The notes under the pieces: model-generated
Seen by the model: the letters and a program-made list of their open reading frames with translations, nothing else
Told to the model about the DNA's origin: nothing
Databases searched by the model: none
Shown: positions 9,245 to 20,870 of the stretch, in pieces
Layout: every line of letters starts with the position of its first letter
Numbering within the stretch: the stretch's first letter is position 1
Source: Longimicrobiales bacterium
Lineage (GTDB): Bacteria; Gemmatimonadota; Gemmatimonadetes; Longimicrobiales; Gaopeijiaceae
Length of the DNA stretch: 64,000 bases
Direction of reading: 5' to 3'
NCBI GenBank assembly: GCA_963664435.2
Contig: CAXXKM010000002.1
Location: forward strand, 832,001-896,000
Program-made: the position numbers and the translations under genes

Positions 9245-9568
9245 GGCGGTGCCGCCGGGAAACGCTCCTCCGGGCACCGCCCGGAAGAGTGCCCACCGGG
9301 CGAGCCCGGTGTCCTTCGGCGGCCTGCTTCGAGAGCCGTCCGCCAGCTGCTCCCTAAGCTGTTGTGGCAGCGGGTAGCGCGCTCGCGGATGTAGACCGCC
9401 CCGTTGGCCCGCGGCGGGAGAGGAGATCAGGCCGCATGGTCCTCCGTCGGGCGTGGAGGCCGACAGTCTGGAGACTCCCGCGAATCGAGGGGGCCGGACT
9501 TGCGCCCGCCAGACCCGCAACCGGACCGGCCAACGTCATGGCTGGGACAGCGGGCGGGTTACGGCCAT

Positions 9569-10039
9569 CTATCGGTACCAGTGAACGTTGAGGCTCAAGT
9601 CAACCCAAGCGATGGGAACCATCGGCTCAGAAAAGTCGCGATCCTCCGCTATCAGCATCGCCGGGTCCCACTCCACCCCCGTGTCGTACCACCACGCGCA
9701 CAGCGTGGTCACCATCGTACCGCGCACCAGCGCGTCGTTGCCCCGCAACCTACGGGCATACTCCGGACTGACCGCGATTCCCCGCACCACTGTTTCGCTC
9801 GAGAACAGTGCTCGGTCCATGTAAGGACCGGGGCGGGGGTTGCCGAACATCGACGGATCGCCGTCCTGTTTCCAGAACATTTCCGAGTCCGCCGCGCTGT
9901 CGTACGTCGATACCATGCCGCGGTTGCACGCCATGTTGCGCCACTCCCGGAGCGCGGGACTGCCGACCCTCAACTCCTGAGCCGCCGCGCCGCGCGCGAA
10001 CGCGAGCGCGGCCACGATGATTGCCAGTCTCACAGCCAT
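9569..10039 (-). CDS. Hypothetical secreted protein
   Basis: RBS GGAGG; signal peptide ending AAA-Q. Confidence 0.6.
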   Translation of the reverse strand: MAVRLAIIVAALAFARGAAAQELRVGSPALREWRNMACNRGMVSTYDSAADSEMFWKQDGDPSMFGNPRPGPYMDRALFSSETVVRGIAVSPEYARRLRGNDALVRGTMVTTLCAWWYDTGVEWDPAMLIAEDRDFSEPMVPIAWVDLSLNVHWYR

Positions 10040-10059
10040 GCGAACCTCCCACGTCGATT

Positions 10060-10265
10060 CTGAGCGTGTCCCCCATGAAGTTGCACCGCGATCTCGGGAT
10101 ATCGCCGTCCGCCGCGTGGTTCCTCCTCCACCGCATCGGCGGAGGCCTCGCGGACGGGCGGATGACGTTCACCGGCCCCATCAAGGTAGATGAGAGGATT
10201 TCGGCGGGTTGCGCAAGAACATGCCGAAGCACAAGCGCGAGAAGCTAACCGGGCGGGGGCCGAAC
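10060..10265 (+). pseudogene. IS1595-family transposase remnant
   Basis: SPMKLHRDLGISPSAAWFLLHRI...FTGPIKVDE, then GLRKNMPKHKREKLTGRG after a frameshift. Confidence 0.75.
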
Positions 10266-10985
10266 GTTGACGCTGCTCTTCGGCGCGCGCAGCTTGCGCT
10301 TCACGGCGCTCCGCCTCTTGCGCCTGGGCCTCGGAGTTCGGCAGCAGTGATCCGGTGTCTCGGGCATGTCCGAGCGTTCGCCAAGCGACGGAGGACCGAG
10401 ATTGCAAGTACCGAGACGGCCCCCCAGCCAATACATCCAATGCGTTCCGGTTTCGGGGCTGACATGGGCTCCTCCGGGGGGCGTGATGGTGCCGGGCCCG
10501 TCACCATCACCAAGACGGAGGAACCGGCAGAGGGCTGGACCTGCCCCGCTTTCACGGACAGTTGGTTCTTGGGGTTGATGGTGTCTGAGGTGGTTTGCCT
10601 CCCCCGCCGGAGAGGGGCGGCGGAAATCGGACCCTCGTTCGGATGACGGGTCTCCCGGCGTTCGAACGAGGGTGGGCAAGCGAAGCGCGGCAGCCCGCCG
10701 CCAGGTCGGCACGCGAGCCGGCCGCCACGAGATCACGGGTCCGCAGCACGCCGGGATGCGGGCACGAAGCCTATCGCGCAGGTGCGGGAACGTGGTGAGG
10801 ACGATCCAACGCGTCATTGCCACGGAGGCGGAGGGCGTGCACCTTCGCCTTGCAAAACCGTCGCAGCCTCGGCTGGCGGCGGTTCCCCCCGTCTTCCCAT
10901 CGGGAGCCAGTCCCGATGGGAAGACGGGGGTTATGTTCCTACTGGGCCTGATCAACGAGAATAGGACCGCCTCCGTGAGTGAGCC

Positions 10986-11126
10986 GATTCCCGCCAATCG
11001 AACCCGTTTTCCCGCTGTCGCGGCACGATCCAGCGGAGTCCAGTCCAACGGCAGAAAACGCAGATCGTGCAGTCCTGTATGACTTTACGTGATCTCTTGC
11101 CGGGATTCGGACCTCGTGTGCTCCGC
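10986..11126 (-). repeat. Distal end of element A
   Basis: GATTCCCGC 10986-10994; box 11058-11072; GCCGGGAT 11099-11106; the 20-bp spacer starts GCGGAG in element orientation. Confidence 0.8.
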
Positions 11127-11133
11127 CGTTACG

Positions 11134-11470
11134 TCAGGGTTGTCGCATTGTTGCCATCCAGGAACGGGCGCAGGCTCATCGGGTCCGAGCTCAGCTGCCG
11201 GGCGTAGGCCGCCGTGGCGATGAGCCATCGGGTCGCGCCGGTTGCGTACCCGTCGTGATCGTAGCGGAAGAAGTCGTCCGGGCCCGCCGGCCCCGAACGA
11301 CGCAGCGCCGCGTTAAGCAGCCTGGTGGTCTCCTCGTGGCCATGGTGTGACTCGGTCACGCGCGCGTGAGAGAAGGAGGCCTCCCACTCGGTGGCGCCAC
11401 CGGCTCCCGATGTCCATCTCCGCGTCATCCGGCCCGACTAGGAGTCGGGGAAGCCGGCGACAGCCCTCCT
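11134..11470 (-). pseudogene. Internal fragment of a putative outer-membrane beta-barrel protein
   Basis: GFPDS*SGRMTRRW...EWEASFSHARVTESHHGHEETTRLLNAALR; amphipathic strand pattern, in-frame stop. Confidence 0.45.
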
Positions 11471-11477
11471 CCGGCGA

Positions 11478-12437
11478 TCTCTCGGCCTTCTTCCACCAGT
11501 CCCGCGCCAGCGAGCGGCTCATGCACGCGAAGGAATCCTTCGGCGCGGCCAGCAGGGGCGCGTCCCCAATCCCGGGGTTGTGCCTCCGCGCTTCCTCCAA
11601 GGCTGCGAGCGCCTTGGAGGTGACCGGCGTCCGGTGCTCGTAACCGGTCTTCTCGTGCTCTCCCCGCCACCGGATGGTCCGGCCATCGAGGTCGATGTCG
11701 GCCCAACGAAGCTGCCGAATGGCACCGATTCGGTGCCCGGTCTCGTGGGCGAGCACCAAGGCCACTCGGAACCGCCAGTTCACCTGGGCGGACACTCCGA
11801 GCAACGCTTCATACTCTGTCTGGGTGAGCACCACCCGCCTCGGATTCTTCTCCTTTGGCAGCTTGAGGCCCCGGAGTGGGTTGGATTCGAGGAGGAGCCG
11901 TCCCTCCTCGTCCCTCGATTTCGCGGCCCAATTGAGAATCGCGAGTAGCAGCCTCAGATCGTATTCGATCGTCCGTTCGGACACGGGTCTGCGGCTACCG
12001 CCGGCCTTTCCCACGCGCCGCGCCCGGATGAAGCGGTCCCAGTCGCGTTGCGAAAGGGTCTCGGCCTTCCGGTGCCTCCCGAAGAACCGAAGGAACCTCC
12101 TCATCATGGCCCGGTCGTGGTTCTGCGACCGCCTGCTCTTCGTGGGGGTGACCTCTTCACCGTAGATTTCAAACAGCGTTTCCAGGGTGAGGGACACCGA
12201 CGCGGCTTTCGCCGTGTCCGTGGTCACGGGCTCGGCGAGTCCGGCGGCGATCTTATCCGCCTGCCGCTTGGCCCGGTTCCAGTTACGGTGTTTCAGCGAC
12301 CGGGTGAGCCTGCGTCCGTTCTCGCGCCACTCGACCTGGATGATGCCGGTTCTGGGATCGGTAAAGACCCGGACCCGATTCCGGCCCCATTCGCCAGCGC
12401 TGTACGAGCGCCGACTTCGTTTTGTGCGTGCCATCAT
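11478..12437 (-). pseudogene. Tyrosine integrase of element C, C-terminally truncated
   Basis: Aligns with the other integrases up to WWKKAER; lacks HSLRR and the catalytic Tyr. Confidence 0.85.
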
Positions 12438-12571
12438 TCGATTCCTCTCGTGATGGACCGCACGATCTGCGCGGTTGAAACTTCGCTTCGGCAAGGCGTC
12501 TCCGCCAGACGGGCGGTCGGCGGCGCGCCGGGCGCTGCGGCGTTGGCGTGGCAAGCGACTGGACGCCATGG

Positions 12572-14140
12572 TCAGCGGCTCGGACCCTGATCGCGGTCCG
12601 GTCCCGGGCGGCGCATCAGATACGGAGGCCGCGCGGTCTCGCGACGGCGGATGTCCCGGAATACTCGGCCAAGCGTGTCGCCAGCGCGTCGAGCCGCTCG
12701 ATTCGCATCAGCAAGGCTTCGTACTCCGCGCTCTGCCGCTCGACGTGCTGCCGCAAGGCTTCGATCTGCCCGCTTTGCCGCTCGACGTGCCCTTGCAAGG
12801 CTTCGACCTGCCCGCAGTGCCGCCGCTGTTCCGTTTCGTACTGCTCGGACAACTTCCGCAAGGCCCTCGTCAACTGCTCCTCTAACGCTGTCATAGACCT
12901 CCTTCACTCGTTGGACAGCTTCAACGCCGGACGATCCCCATCCACCCACCAAGGTGGATCGGCCAGCACCCCGTCCGGCACCACCACGAACCGCTCGCCC
13001 TTGATCTCGTGGAACACGAGCCCCCAGGTGTCCACCTCCAGTTGGGCCAGCGTCCGCCGGGCGTCCTCGATGTCCCGGTTCAGTTCGGCGCGGGTCACGA
13101 TCCGGTCCTGGATGCTGCTCGCCAACCAGCGCATCGTCGCCCAGCTTCCGCCGAAGAAACCGATCCAAAGACTCAGGCCGACGATCAGCGGCCGTTGCCA
13201 CGCCTTGGCCAGCAATTCGCGCATCTTGCCGGTCGCCTCCTCCGTATCGCGCTCGATGGTACGCAGCGCGTTCCTCGCGACGCGCCGCGAGTTCTTGGCG
13301 AGCCGTTCGAGCTCGCTCGCGGTCAACTCCTCGATCTCCCGGCGCTCGCTCTTCAGCCGGCTCCGCAGCCTCTCGGTCAAATCGTTCGCGGTCGAAGTTC
13401 TCTCCATACAGTTCTCCTTTCAGCCGCCACCGGTCCCCGGTCTCGGGGTCCAGCGCGGTGAGGTAGTCCTTGCCCTGGCGCGGCACTTCGAGGCCCGCCT
13501 CCCGCAGTGCGGAGACGACATCGGCACGGTTCCGCACAGTGCCGTGCTCGACGCGCTGGAGCAGGTAGTCCCGGATCAGATCGCGGGGTGAGGATTCGAG
13601 CCGAAGCCCGGTCCGCAGCTGCGCCGCTTCGATGTAGGCGCGGTGGCCGGGCTGCTGCACTCTGGCCCTGGCCGGATCGTCGGGACGGCTCCAGCCGTGT
13701 TCGTGGTTGAAGGTGTCGCGAAGCGGATCGAACGTCCTCCGCCATCCCGGAGGCGCGATGTTGAGGCTCCGGCCGGTCTCCAGGTCGCACCGTGCGGCAA
13801 GGACATGCACGTGCGCGCCGCCGCCCTCCTCGCGGTGCAGCACGGCCGCCCACGCGTATCGGTCGGGCTCCAGCCCCGCCCAAGCCGTCTTCTCGAACAG
13901 GTCGAGCACCGCCTCGATCTGCTCGTCGGTGGGGTGGTCGTCCGGCGCCCAAGCGATCACGCCGGAGGTGTACCTGTGCTCGAAGTCGAGCGAGTCGGCC
14001 ACCGCGGCCACCATGTCCGGATTCCCCCGCAGCACCTCGACGCCCTCGCGCGGCTTCCCGGCAGCGTCCCGCTCCCCCAAGAGGTAGCCAGCCGCCTTGC
14101 CGGCCGAGCCGGTCCCGTGCGCCAGGAACTTAATGTGCAT
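12572..14140 (-). CDS. mbeA: Relaxase, ColE1 MbeA-like (paralogue of 4197-5798)
   Basis: Same motifs: YTSGVIAW, HREEGGGAHVHVL, DLETGRSLN. Confidence 0.85.
   Translation of the reverse strand: MHIKFLAHGTGSAGKAAGYLLGERDAAGKPREGVEVLRGNPDMVAAVADSLDFEHRYTSGVIAWAPDDHPTDEQIEAVLDLFEKTAWAGLEPDRYAWAAVLHREEGGGAHVHVLAARCDLETGRSLNIAPPGWRRTFDPLRDTFNHEHGWSRPDDPARARVQQPGHRAYIEAAQLRTGLRLESSPRDLIRDYLLQRVEHGTVRNRADVVSALREAGLEVPRQGKDYLTALDPETGDRWRLKGELYGENFDRERFDREAAEPAEERAPGDRGVDRERARTARQELAARREERAAYHRARYGGGDRQDARIAGQGVATAADRRPESLDRFLRRKLGDDALVGEQHPGPDRDPRRTEPGHRGRPADAGPTGGGHLGARVPRDQGRAVRGGAGRGAGRSTLVGGWGSSGVEAVQRVKEVYDSVRGAVDEGLAEVVRAVRNGTAAALRAGRSLARARRAAKRADRSLAAARRAAERGVRSLADANRAARRAGDTLGRVFRDIRRRETARPPYLMRRPGPDRDQGPSR
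12616..12894 (-). CDS. MbeD/MobD-like protein (overprinted)
   Basis: MTALEEQLTRALRKLSEQY; paralogue of 5446-5730. Confidence 0.72.
   Translation of the reverse strand: MTALEEQLTRALRKLSEQYETEQRRHCGQVEALQGHVERQSGQIEALRQHVERQSAEYEALLMRIERLDALATRLAEYSGTSAVARPRGLRI
12904..13407 (-). CDS. MbeB-like protein (overprinted)
   Basis: Close paralogue of 4930-5436. Confidence 0.75.
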   Translation of the reverse strand: MERTSTANDLTERLRSRLKSERREIEELTASELERLAKNSRRVARNALRTIERDTEEATGKMRELLAKAWQRPLIVGLSLWIGFFGGSWATMRWLASSIQDRIVTRAELNRDIEDARRTLAQLEVDTWGLVFHEIKGERFVVVPDGVLADPPWWVDGDRPALKLSNE

Positions 14141-14469
14141 CGCGCTCCGGGCTCTCGAAGCGAGCCAGCTCGCCGAGCGCGCGCTCGACGGCGACCAGAC
14201 GGGCGATCACCTCGACGGCTTCGGCCGACCCCTTGTGGGTGTTCGCCCAGCGAGCGATCTGGTTGAGGTTGTTGCCGATGCGGCCGACCTCCCGGGTGCG
14301 CTCGCGCTCGACCTCGGCCGCGCGGGCCGTCCAGGTCCGCGTACGGGCCATGGCTCGCCGGATGAGCGCTGACAGGGGCACGCCCGCGGACTGCGGCCTT
14401 GGACCGCCAGTCGGCGAACTCGGTCGCCGATACGCGGGCGGTGACGACGGCGGTGCGGCGCTCAGGCAT
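14130..14469 (-). pseudogene. mobC: mobC, frameshifted
   Basis: MPERRTAVVTARVSATEFADWRSKAA and LSALIRRAMAR...IGNNLNQIAR lie in different frames; shift near 14385. Confidence 0.75.
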
Positions 14470-14567
14470 CACGACGCACCGGCGCGGGGGGAAGGGGGCG
14501 GCGCCCCCATGCGCGACCGCCACGGGAGCGCGACGCGCGGGGGGTTCGAAGGGGGGGCGGGAGCCAT

Positions 14568-14622
14568 CCCCTCGCCAGCCCCGTTGTATGACAACGGGTA
14601 GGCTGGCTTACCGGGCTTAACC
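14568..14622 (+). other. oriT of element C
   Basis: Hairpin CCCGTTGT-ATG-ACAACGGG followed by TAGGCTGGCTTA (ColE1-type CTGGCTTA), upstream of mobC. Confidence 0.7.
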
Positions 14623-15990
14623 GCGTCAGACACCCCCGTCGCCGGCGTGTCCGAGACCCGGCGGCGACCGCCGGCCCTGCGGTGGCGGAGCTCCCCCGCG
14701 AACGCTTCGGAGAAGCCGTTCAACGGGCCTGGCGAAGCGCGGTCGGCGGCGGGATGGAGGCTCGCGATGCGGGGCCGTTCATGTACCCGGGAAACCGGAT
14801 CGGCGACCGGTCCCCGCCAGCGCCCCTGTCGAGGGGCACGGGCATCGATTCCGCCGTGGGGTGGATCAATCTGAACTACGCGTCTCCTCCCGCGTTTCGT
14901 CTCGTCTGGTCGCACTACCCTTCCACCCTTCGGTGACCCGAAGGGCGACACTTTACGGACTTGACCCGCAATTGGTTTCATCCTGGCTCTCCCGCGTTAG
15001 CGGGCAGGTCCGCGCACCGATGCGAGGAACCCTCCGTCAGCGTCGTCATACCTACAAGTCAGGAGGCCGAATCCGACCGTGTCAACTGCGCCGGAATCGG
15101 CGATGTCCAGGGGGTTCCAGCGTCGTCCCGAAGACTGAATTGACGCCGCCAGCGGCACCTCCTTCGCCCTTCCGACGCCTCACACGAGGCGCAACCATGT
15201 CCGGCCCGATTGCGGCTCTGTGGTCCTTAGGATTGTCGATCGCGTAGTCCTCTACCGTGACTTGCCGAAGCTCAACGCCGTAAAGGGCGGGGACGGCCGC
15301 CGGTCTAGCGACGGTCGCCGCGGGAGAGGTCGACGGCCCGGTCGTCGCTGGTGCATGTCGCGACCTCAGCGGAGCAGTGCGTCGTCTCCAGAAGCCGTGT
15401 GCCGTGGATGCTGTGGTTGCTGTCGATCCTCAAGCCTGTGGGAAGAGCGAGGCCGTCCTCTTCCCTCAAGTAAGGGTTGCCCAGGGGGGAGATCGTGCGC
15501 GAAGCTTCGAGGGCTGTCTGGCGGTAGAAGTCTGGCTTACTGGAGGAGATGATGCCGAAGCTGTACGTGGCCCACAACGTGCCGTGCAAGGTGTGCGGGA
15601 AGGGGCTGTTGAGTATCCCTCCGCTACTGCCTACAGAGGAGGAAGCCAATGCGTGGGGAGAGCAGGAGTTTCGGCGTCTCGCGCCGGGGAAGCAGTTGGC
15701 CTTCAAGGCGCGCACTTGTTCGGGACAGTGCTACGCTGCCTTGCCATCGTGGCGGCGGATCGCGCTCAAATCGCTACCTTTTCTCGCCGGGCGGCTCGGC
15801 TTCTAGCTTCACTACTAGGCGGACGCGCACCAAGGCCTTCCTAGTAGCGCGCTGTGAAGTTAAGTCTAGGGAAGTCGTTCACTGAAGCTCCGGTTGCGTA
15901 GCTGGGAGCGGTGGAGGGTCCTCAGCTTCTCACACCTGGGATACGCGGCTCAGCCGTCCATGAACTGCCGCCGCTCAAACGATCCTAGGC

Positions 15991-18458
15991 TCATCGAGCG
16001 GAGGCGGTGGGCGCTCCGGCGATCGCGCGCAACCTTCCGCATTGCTCGATCAGCCATTCGGCGGCCTCCGGCCATTCGTCTTCGTCGTCACGCGTCCAGC
16101 GTCTTCGGACCGCGACTGACCAGCCTTTCACACTGTTTTGCTCCACATTGTCGTCGACATCCTGATCGGCCATCTGCTCGAAGATCATCCAGGAGTACTT
16201 CCGCATCCGAGCGGTTCTCTCGTGCGATGCCTTGCTTTCCCCGGATCGCACATAGAGCCAGAGCCTCTCTGGGTTTCCGACGTAGATCCCGATAACGTCA
16301 CCGTGCGAGTTGAAGGGATCGGTCCACTGCGTTGCCCCCCTCCACGTATCCTTTTGTCCGGGAACGCCGCCGAAACTCTTCTTGAGGAACCTCCAGAAGG
16401 CTTGTGTCCGACTCTTCTCCTCGAACTCGACTTCGACCGCCACGCCGCATCGCTCCCCCATCTTCCGGCAATGGTCGGCACTCGCGCGGTAGTCCTGACG
16501 GTACGGGTACAGCACGTAGTCCTCATGGCCGGGGACTGCGCGCATGGTCAGGGTTCCCGCCGTGGTCCCAGCCGGATAGCGCTTAGCCAAGTGAAGATTC
16601 GAGCTGATCGCTTCCCCTGACAGTCTCTCAGCGTTCTTCGGATCCAGGCTGAGTAGGGCTGCCGCTACGCTCAGCAACATTTGGCTCGCACTGCTTTCCT
16701 CATGCCAAGCCCCATCCCCAACACGCCACCTGAGGCTCGCCGACGCGACCTTCGTGCGGCTCGCGGACCCGGCCCCGTCCTGCCAGGGCCAGCGGGCCAA
16801 CGCCCGCCCCGCCAAGTCCGCAGCCCGCCGTTCAATCGCGGCCTCGTTCCAGTCGTCCTCGCCCGCGAGCCGTCTCGTCAGCCCGATCGAACTCCGGCGG
16901 TACACCCTGCGCTTGGCGTCGAACGTATCCGTGCCCATTTCGGAATTGGTGACATCGCCGCTCAGCGTCAAGTTGGGGAGCCGGTCCCGATACCGCCCGT
17001 GTACTTCCTCGGCATCGCCGCCCAACGCTTTCTTCCAGTCGTCAGTCAGCTTCTGCGGCATCACATGCTCGATCGTCAGATGGTCGCGGGCCGGTGCTTC
17101 CTCACGGTGCTCGGCCTCCATGAGCGCACACAGAACCGCGAACGACGACCGGGTGGCGCTGCCTCCGTAGGCCTTACGGCTCCGAAGTCCTTCCCGAACC
17201 TCCTCGTCGTTGGGTATCCCGACGCGCGTGTTCCGAAGCCTACGAATCCGATTTAGCCAGTACTCCGCAACGTCATCCCCAGCATCAGGTCCTGGTCCAT
17301 GGGCGAGGTCTACGATCGCCCTGTTCATCCCGGCGGTCGCCCGGTCCGCGAGCCACAAGCGGGTGGTCCACATCGCGATCCCCGAAAGGGTGGTTGCGAG
17401 GTCGTTCATCTGCGCTCCGGGAGCAGCGGGTTCGCCCGAGTCATTTAGGAGTCGCAACGTCAGCGGACGGTGAATGTCGATCCCCATCACGCGTAGGTGG
17501 CGGAGTTCTCGTTCGACTTTAGAGTTGGGGTGCGCGCCCGCCGTGCCGATCACGATGCCGTACAGCCCTGCGAGCCGGGCCAGATCACGGCACAGGGCCG
17601 GTCGCTCCACAGAAAGCTCCTTTCGCAATGCCCACCGGCGAAGGGCTTCGTAGACGTGATCGATGCCTTGAACCTTCCCCGTCCACCAGCGAAGGACATC
17701 CCGAAGGAAGATGTCGGTGGGCTCAGTTGTGTGCTCGGCGCCCAGACTTCGCTCGATCCGCTTCCAATGGTTGTCGTGGAGATCCTGTTGCTGCTCGTCC
17801 GGCAATCCCATGAGGAGCCAGTTCTTGACCTTCTCGCTCTCCGTGAGAGGTCGGCCGGTCGCATTCAGGCTCTCGAAGATCTGCTGCGGATCGTCGCCGC
17901 CAGCGAGCCCGATGCTCACCACCCGAAGCCGTTCGAGTCCCCTCAGTAGGCGGGCGACTTCGTTTCGCGCAACGAGGCGGCGGGCGACTCTCCAAGCCTG
18001 CGCTACCGCCCCGGCACCCGTTGGACGGCCATCAAGGCCGAGTCGATACTCTTCCTCGTCGCCGTTCTGAAGCCTCAGCTTGCGCAGTTTGTCCGGGCGC
18101 TTTCCAGGATTCGTGAGCCGATCATTGCGGATGATGGCTGCCGTCCAGTCCCCGCATTGGCCCTTGGGTCCGAGCTTTTCCGCTATGCACCCAGGAGGAT
18201 GCTCACGGTCGTCAGCCTCTGCTGACCATCCACGACACGGATGGTCTTGACCACGCCAGCGGCACCGGGATCCGGGAAGGTGAGCAGGTTCCCGGCGTAG
18301 TGTGTTGCGTCGGGGCCCGCGTCCGCGACGGTCAGGAGATCCTCTACCAGCCGCTCGATATCGGATTGGCCCCAGCGATATCGCCGCTGCCAGCGCGGCA
18401 CCACGTATTGGACCTGTCCGTTGAAGAGTTCCAAGAACTCGATTGGGTGGGCAAACAT
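15991..18458 (-). pseudogene. GmrSD-type (DUF262 + DUF1524 HNH) nuclease with C-terminal extension, single frameshift
   Basis: YVVPRWQRRYRW, VVDGQQRLTT, IFESLNATGRPL, TIEHVMPQ, NLTL...N; frame changes near 18190. Confidence 0.85.
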
Positions 18459-18850
18459 GGACTCGCTTCCGTTCCTCACGATGGGTAGGGTGACCGATGG
18501 ACCAGCGTCCTATCGCCAAGAGTGGTCCGAAAGCTAGGGGCCACCGTAGGGACAGAGACGGGATGGCCGCCCAAGTATGACCTCTGCCGAAGTGGTGGGC
18601 AATCGCCGGTCGACGCCCCCTCGACATCCATGCTGCTCGCGGCGCCGCTGCCGTAGCGGCCTGCCCTCACCCTACGTCGAAACGCGGGATCAGCGGGCGG
18701 AGGGGGTGGCGGTTGGCAACAGGGTCGGTTCGTCCCAGGCCCTTGGCCCGGACACTAGATGGGATACCTTTAGCGTCGGCGTGAAGGCCGACGCAGTACA
18801 TGCTGACCTTTCAAGGACGGAGGCCGACGCGCGTCGGCACGGAGAACACA

Positions 18851-19477
18851 ATGGAGTCGTGTTTCATCTACTGGGACAATTCGAACATCTTCCACGAAGC
18901 TCAGCGGCTTGCCGAGGAGCGAGCCGAAGGTCCGGGCGCACGCTATCGGGTGCGAGTCCACTTTGACAGCCTGCTAGTACTCGCGAACGCAGGCCGGCCC
19001 GTCGAGCGGGCGTTCGCCGTCGGGTCGATTCCGCCCGAATTGCGTCAGCTCTGGAACCGAATGGAGGCCAACGATATCGAGGTGAAGTTGTTTGACCGGG
19101 GTGATCCGCACCGTGGTGAGCAGGACGTTCCGGACCGTCTTCTCCAACTGCGGATGCTCGAAGATGCGCTGGACTACAACGGCGATCCCGGAATTGCCGT
19201 ACTCCTCAGCGGCGATGGGGCTGGCTATCTCGAAGGTGCGGGTTTCCACCGGACGCTTGAGCGCATGCACAGCAGAGGGTGGCGTATCGAGATTCTGTCT
19301 TGGGCTCATTCCTGCAACCAGCGTATGCGGCGCTGGGCAGAGGAGCACGGAGTCTTCGTTGCGCTCGACGATTTCTACGAAGAGATCACCTTCATGGAGC
19401 CATCGAGTCCGGGCCACGAATTCGCTCTCCCAAGATCCCAAGCGCCACTCGACCTGTCCCGCCGTCCAATCTCCTAA
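18851..19477 (+). CDS. NYN-domain (LabA/DUF88, PIN-like) protein
   Basis: FIYWDNSNIF, EQDVPD, VLLSGDG, GWRIEILSW; RBS GGAG. Confidence 0.85.
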   Translation: MESCFIYWDNSNIFHEAQRLAEERAEGPGARYRVRVHFDSLLVLANAGRPVERAFAVGSIPPELRQLWNRMEANDIEVKLFDRGDPHRGEQDVPDRLLQLRMLEDALDYNGDPGIAVLLSGDGAGYLEGAGFHRTLERMHSRGWRIEILSWAHSCNQRMRRWAEEHGVFVALDDFYEEITFMEPSSPGHEFALPRSQAPLDLSRRPIS

Positions 19478-19656
19478 CGCGAATGTTCTGCGGACTGGTC
19501 CGTCCACTCGCAGCGGCGCTCGAACCGCCTTCCCAACAGGGAATTTCTGGACGGGGAGTATCCATGTCAAGCGGATGCCCGATTTTCTTGGAGCGACGTG
19601 TCTCGCAGCGCCCCTCGCGATGCTTCCGTTGCGGTGCCCGTTCTTGCCCGGCTCGA

Positions 19657-20658
19657 TCATCCGTGAACGCTCCCCGCCGGGCTGGGCGTCGGGAAGGCCG
19701 GGCAGGAGTATTCCCGCGGCGGGTGCGCCGTCCAAGTGCGGTCCTGCTGCACCAGGGCGTTGGCGAGGATGAGGAGCTTCCGCATCACGGCCGTCAGGGC
19801 GACCTTGGGCGGCTTGCCCCGAGCCACGAGCGCTTCGTACTTGCGCCCGAGGTCGGGATTGTGCTGGACCGCAGCCACTGCGGGCATGTACAGCAACTGG
19901 CGCACCCGGCGCCTGCCGCCCTGGATGAAGCTGCGTCCCTTCCAGTGTCCGGACTCCCGGGTGACCGGGGCCAGTCCGGCGAGGCTGGCGGCGCGGGGGC
20001 CGGTGAGGGTGCCGAGCTCCGGCAAGTGGACGATCAGTCCCGCGGCGGTGATGTCCGAGATGCCCGGGATCGAGGTCAGGATCTCGGCCCGGCGCTCCAG
20101 CGCCTTCTCCTCCTCCACCCGTTGCCGGATCTCTGCGTCGATGAGCTTCAGCTGGCGCTCGATCTGCCTCAGCCTCTGCCTGGTGACCCGCTTGCCCACG
20201 GGAGTGCGCAAGTGCCTGCCGCGGTTGGAGGTGGCGGTCCGGTCCTTGCGCAGCGCGTCGCGGATCTGCTGGAGCTCGGCAAGGTCGCGCTGCCCCTCGG
20301 ACTTCGCCTGCGCCGGGCGTAGGTCTTCGATGGCCGACGCCATGATGGCCAGCATCCGGGCGTCCACGGCATCGGTCTTGGCTCGCTGGCCGAGGGACCG
20401 GGCGAAGGACCGGACTTGGAAGGGGTTGATCGCATACATGGGGAGTCCGGCCTTCAGGAGGGTGTCCTCGAGGTCGCGGTGGAAGGCTCCGGAGGGTTCG
20501 TACGCGATCCGGTCGATCCCGGAGCCGATCCAAGCGATCAGTTTCCGGAAGCCGGCCCTGTCGTTCGAGAACCGGGACGCTCTCCCCTCGGGCGCCGCGA
20601 AGGCGTCGAGCCAGTCCTTGGAGATGTCGATCCCGACGGTGCGACGGCTGGTGCTCAT
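19657..20658 (-). CDS. IS110 recombinase (DEDD RuvC-like domain plus Tnp domain)
   Basis: VGIDISKDWLD, YEPSG, KTDAVDA, LTSIPGI, GLAPVTRESG, AVMRKLL. Confidence 0.95.
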   Translation of the reverse strand: MSTSRRTVGIDISKDWLDAFAAPEGRASRFSNDRAGFRKLIAWIGSGIDRIAYEPSGAFHRDLEDTLLKAGLPMYAINPFQVRSFARSLGQRAKTDAVDARMLAIMASAIEDLRPAQAKSEGQRDLAELQQIRDALRKDRTATSNRGRHLRTPVGKRVTRQRLRQIERQLKLIDAEIRQRVEEEKALERRAEILTSIPGISDITAAGLIVHLPELGTLTGPRAASLAGLAPVTRESGHWKGRSFIQGGRRRVRQLLYMPAVAAVQHNPDLGRKYEALVARGKPPKVALTAVMRKLLILANALVQQDRTWTAHPPREYSCPAFPTPSPAGSVHG

Positions 20659-20661
20659 GTG

Positions 20662-20870
20662 CTTTCCCTTTCTCCTGTGCTTGTCGTGCGAGCCTCGATG
20701 CTCAAGTATCCATTCAGGACGTGGGAAAGACGGTGGCGACCAAACTCCCGTACGGCCCTTGCGGCCAGCGACCCGACGGCCCGACCACCGTCTGTGCTGG
20801 ATGCCCGCTCCGGCTCGCTCCGCTCGCCTCTGCGGGCATCCAGCACACCGGGCCATCCCCGTGACCCGGA
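20662..20870 (-). ncRNA. IS110 bridge RNA (predicted; ends approximate)
   Basis: 16-bp 5' stem (20793-20808/20832-20847); two internal-loop hairpins carrying CGGGTCGCT/GGGAG (target guides) and ATGGATACT/GACAAG (donor guides). Confidence 0.8.

Larger units (their letters stand above)
1..11133 (-). mobile_element. IME A (integrase-proximal end lies off the window), with element B nested inside
   Basis: Integrase 1-107. Its leader, oriT and mobC start resume at 7141-7430 (copy of about 24537-24822). Family distal-end motif at 10986-11126; predicted core 11127-11133. Confidence 0.7.

Noticed and set aside
15250..15960. CTAG-rich stretch with an imperfect hairpin (about 15805-15861) as a possible ncRNA
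   Set aside because: Only one imperfect stem and no second copy; it may equally be a decayed gene.
18480..18627. N-terminus of the 878-aa ORF 15991-18627
   Set aside because: The DUF262 N-terminal motifs are in another frame; this extension is a by-product of the frameshift.
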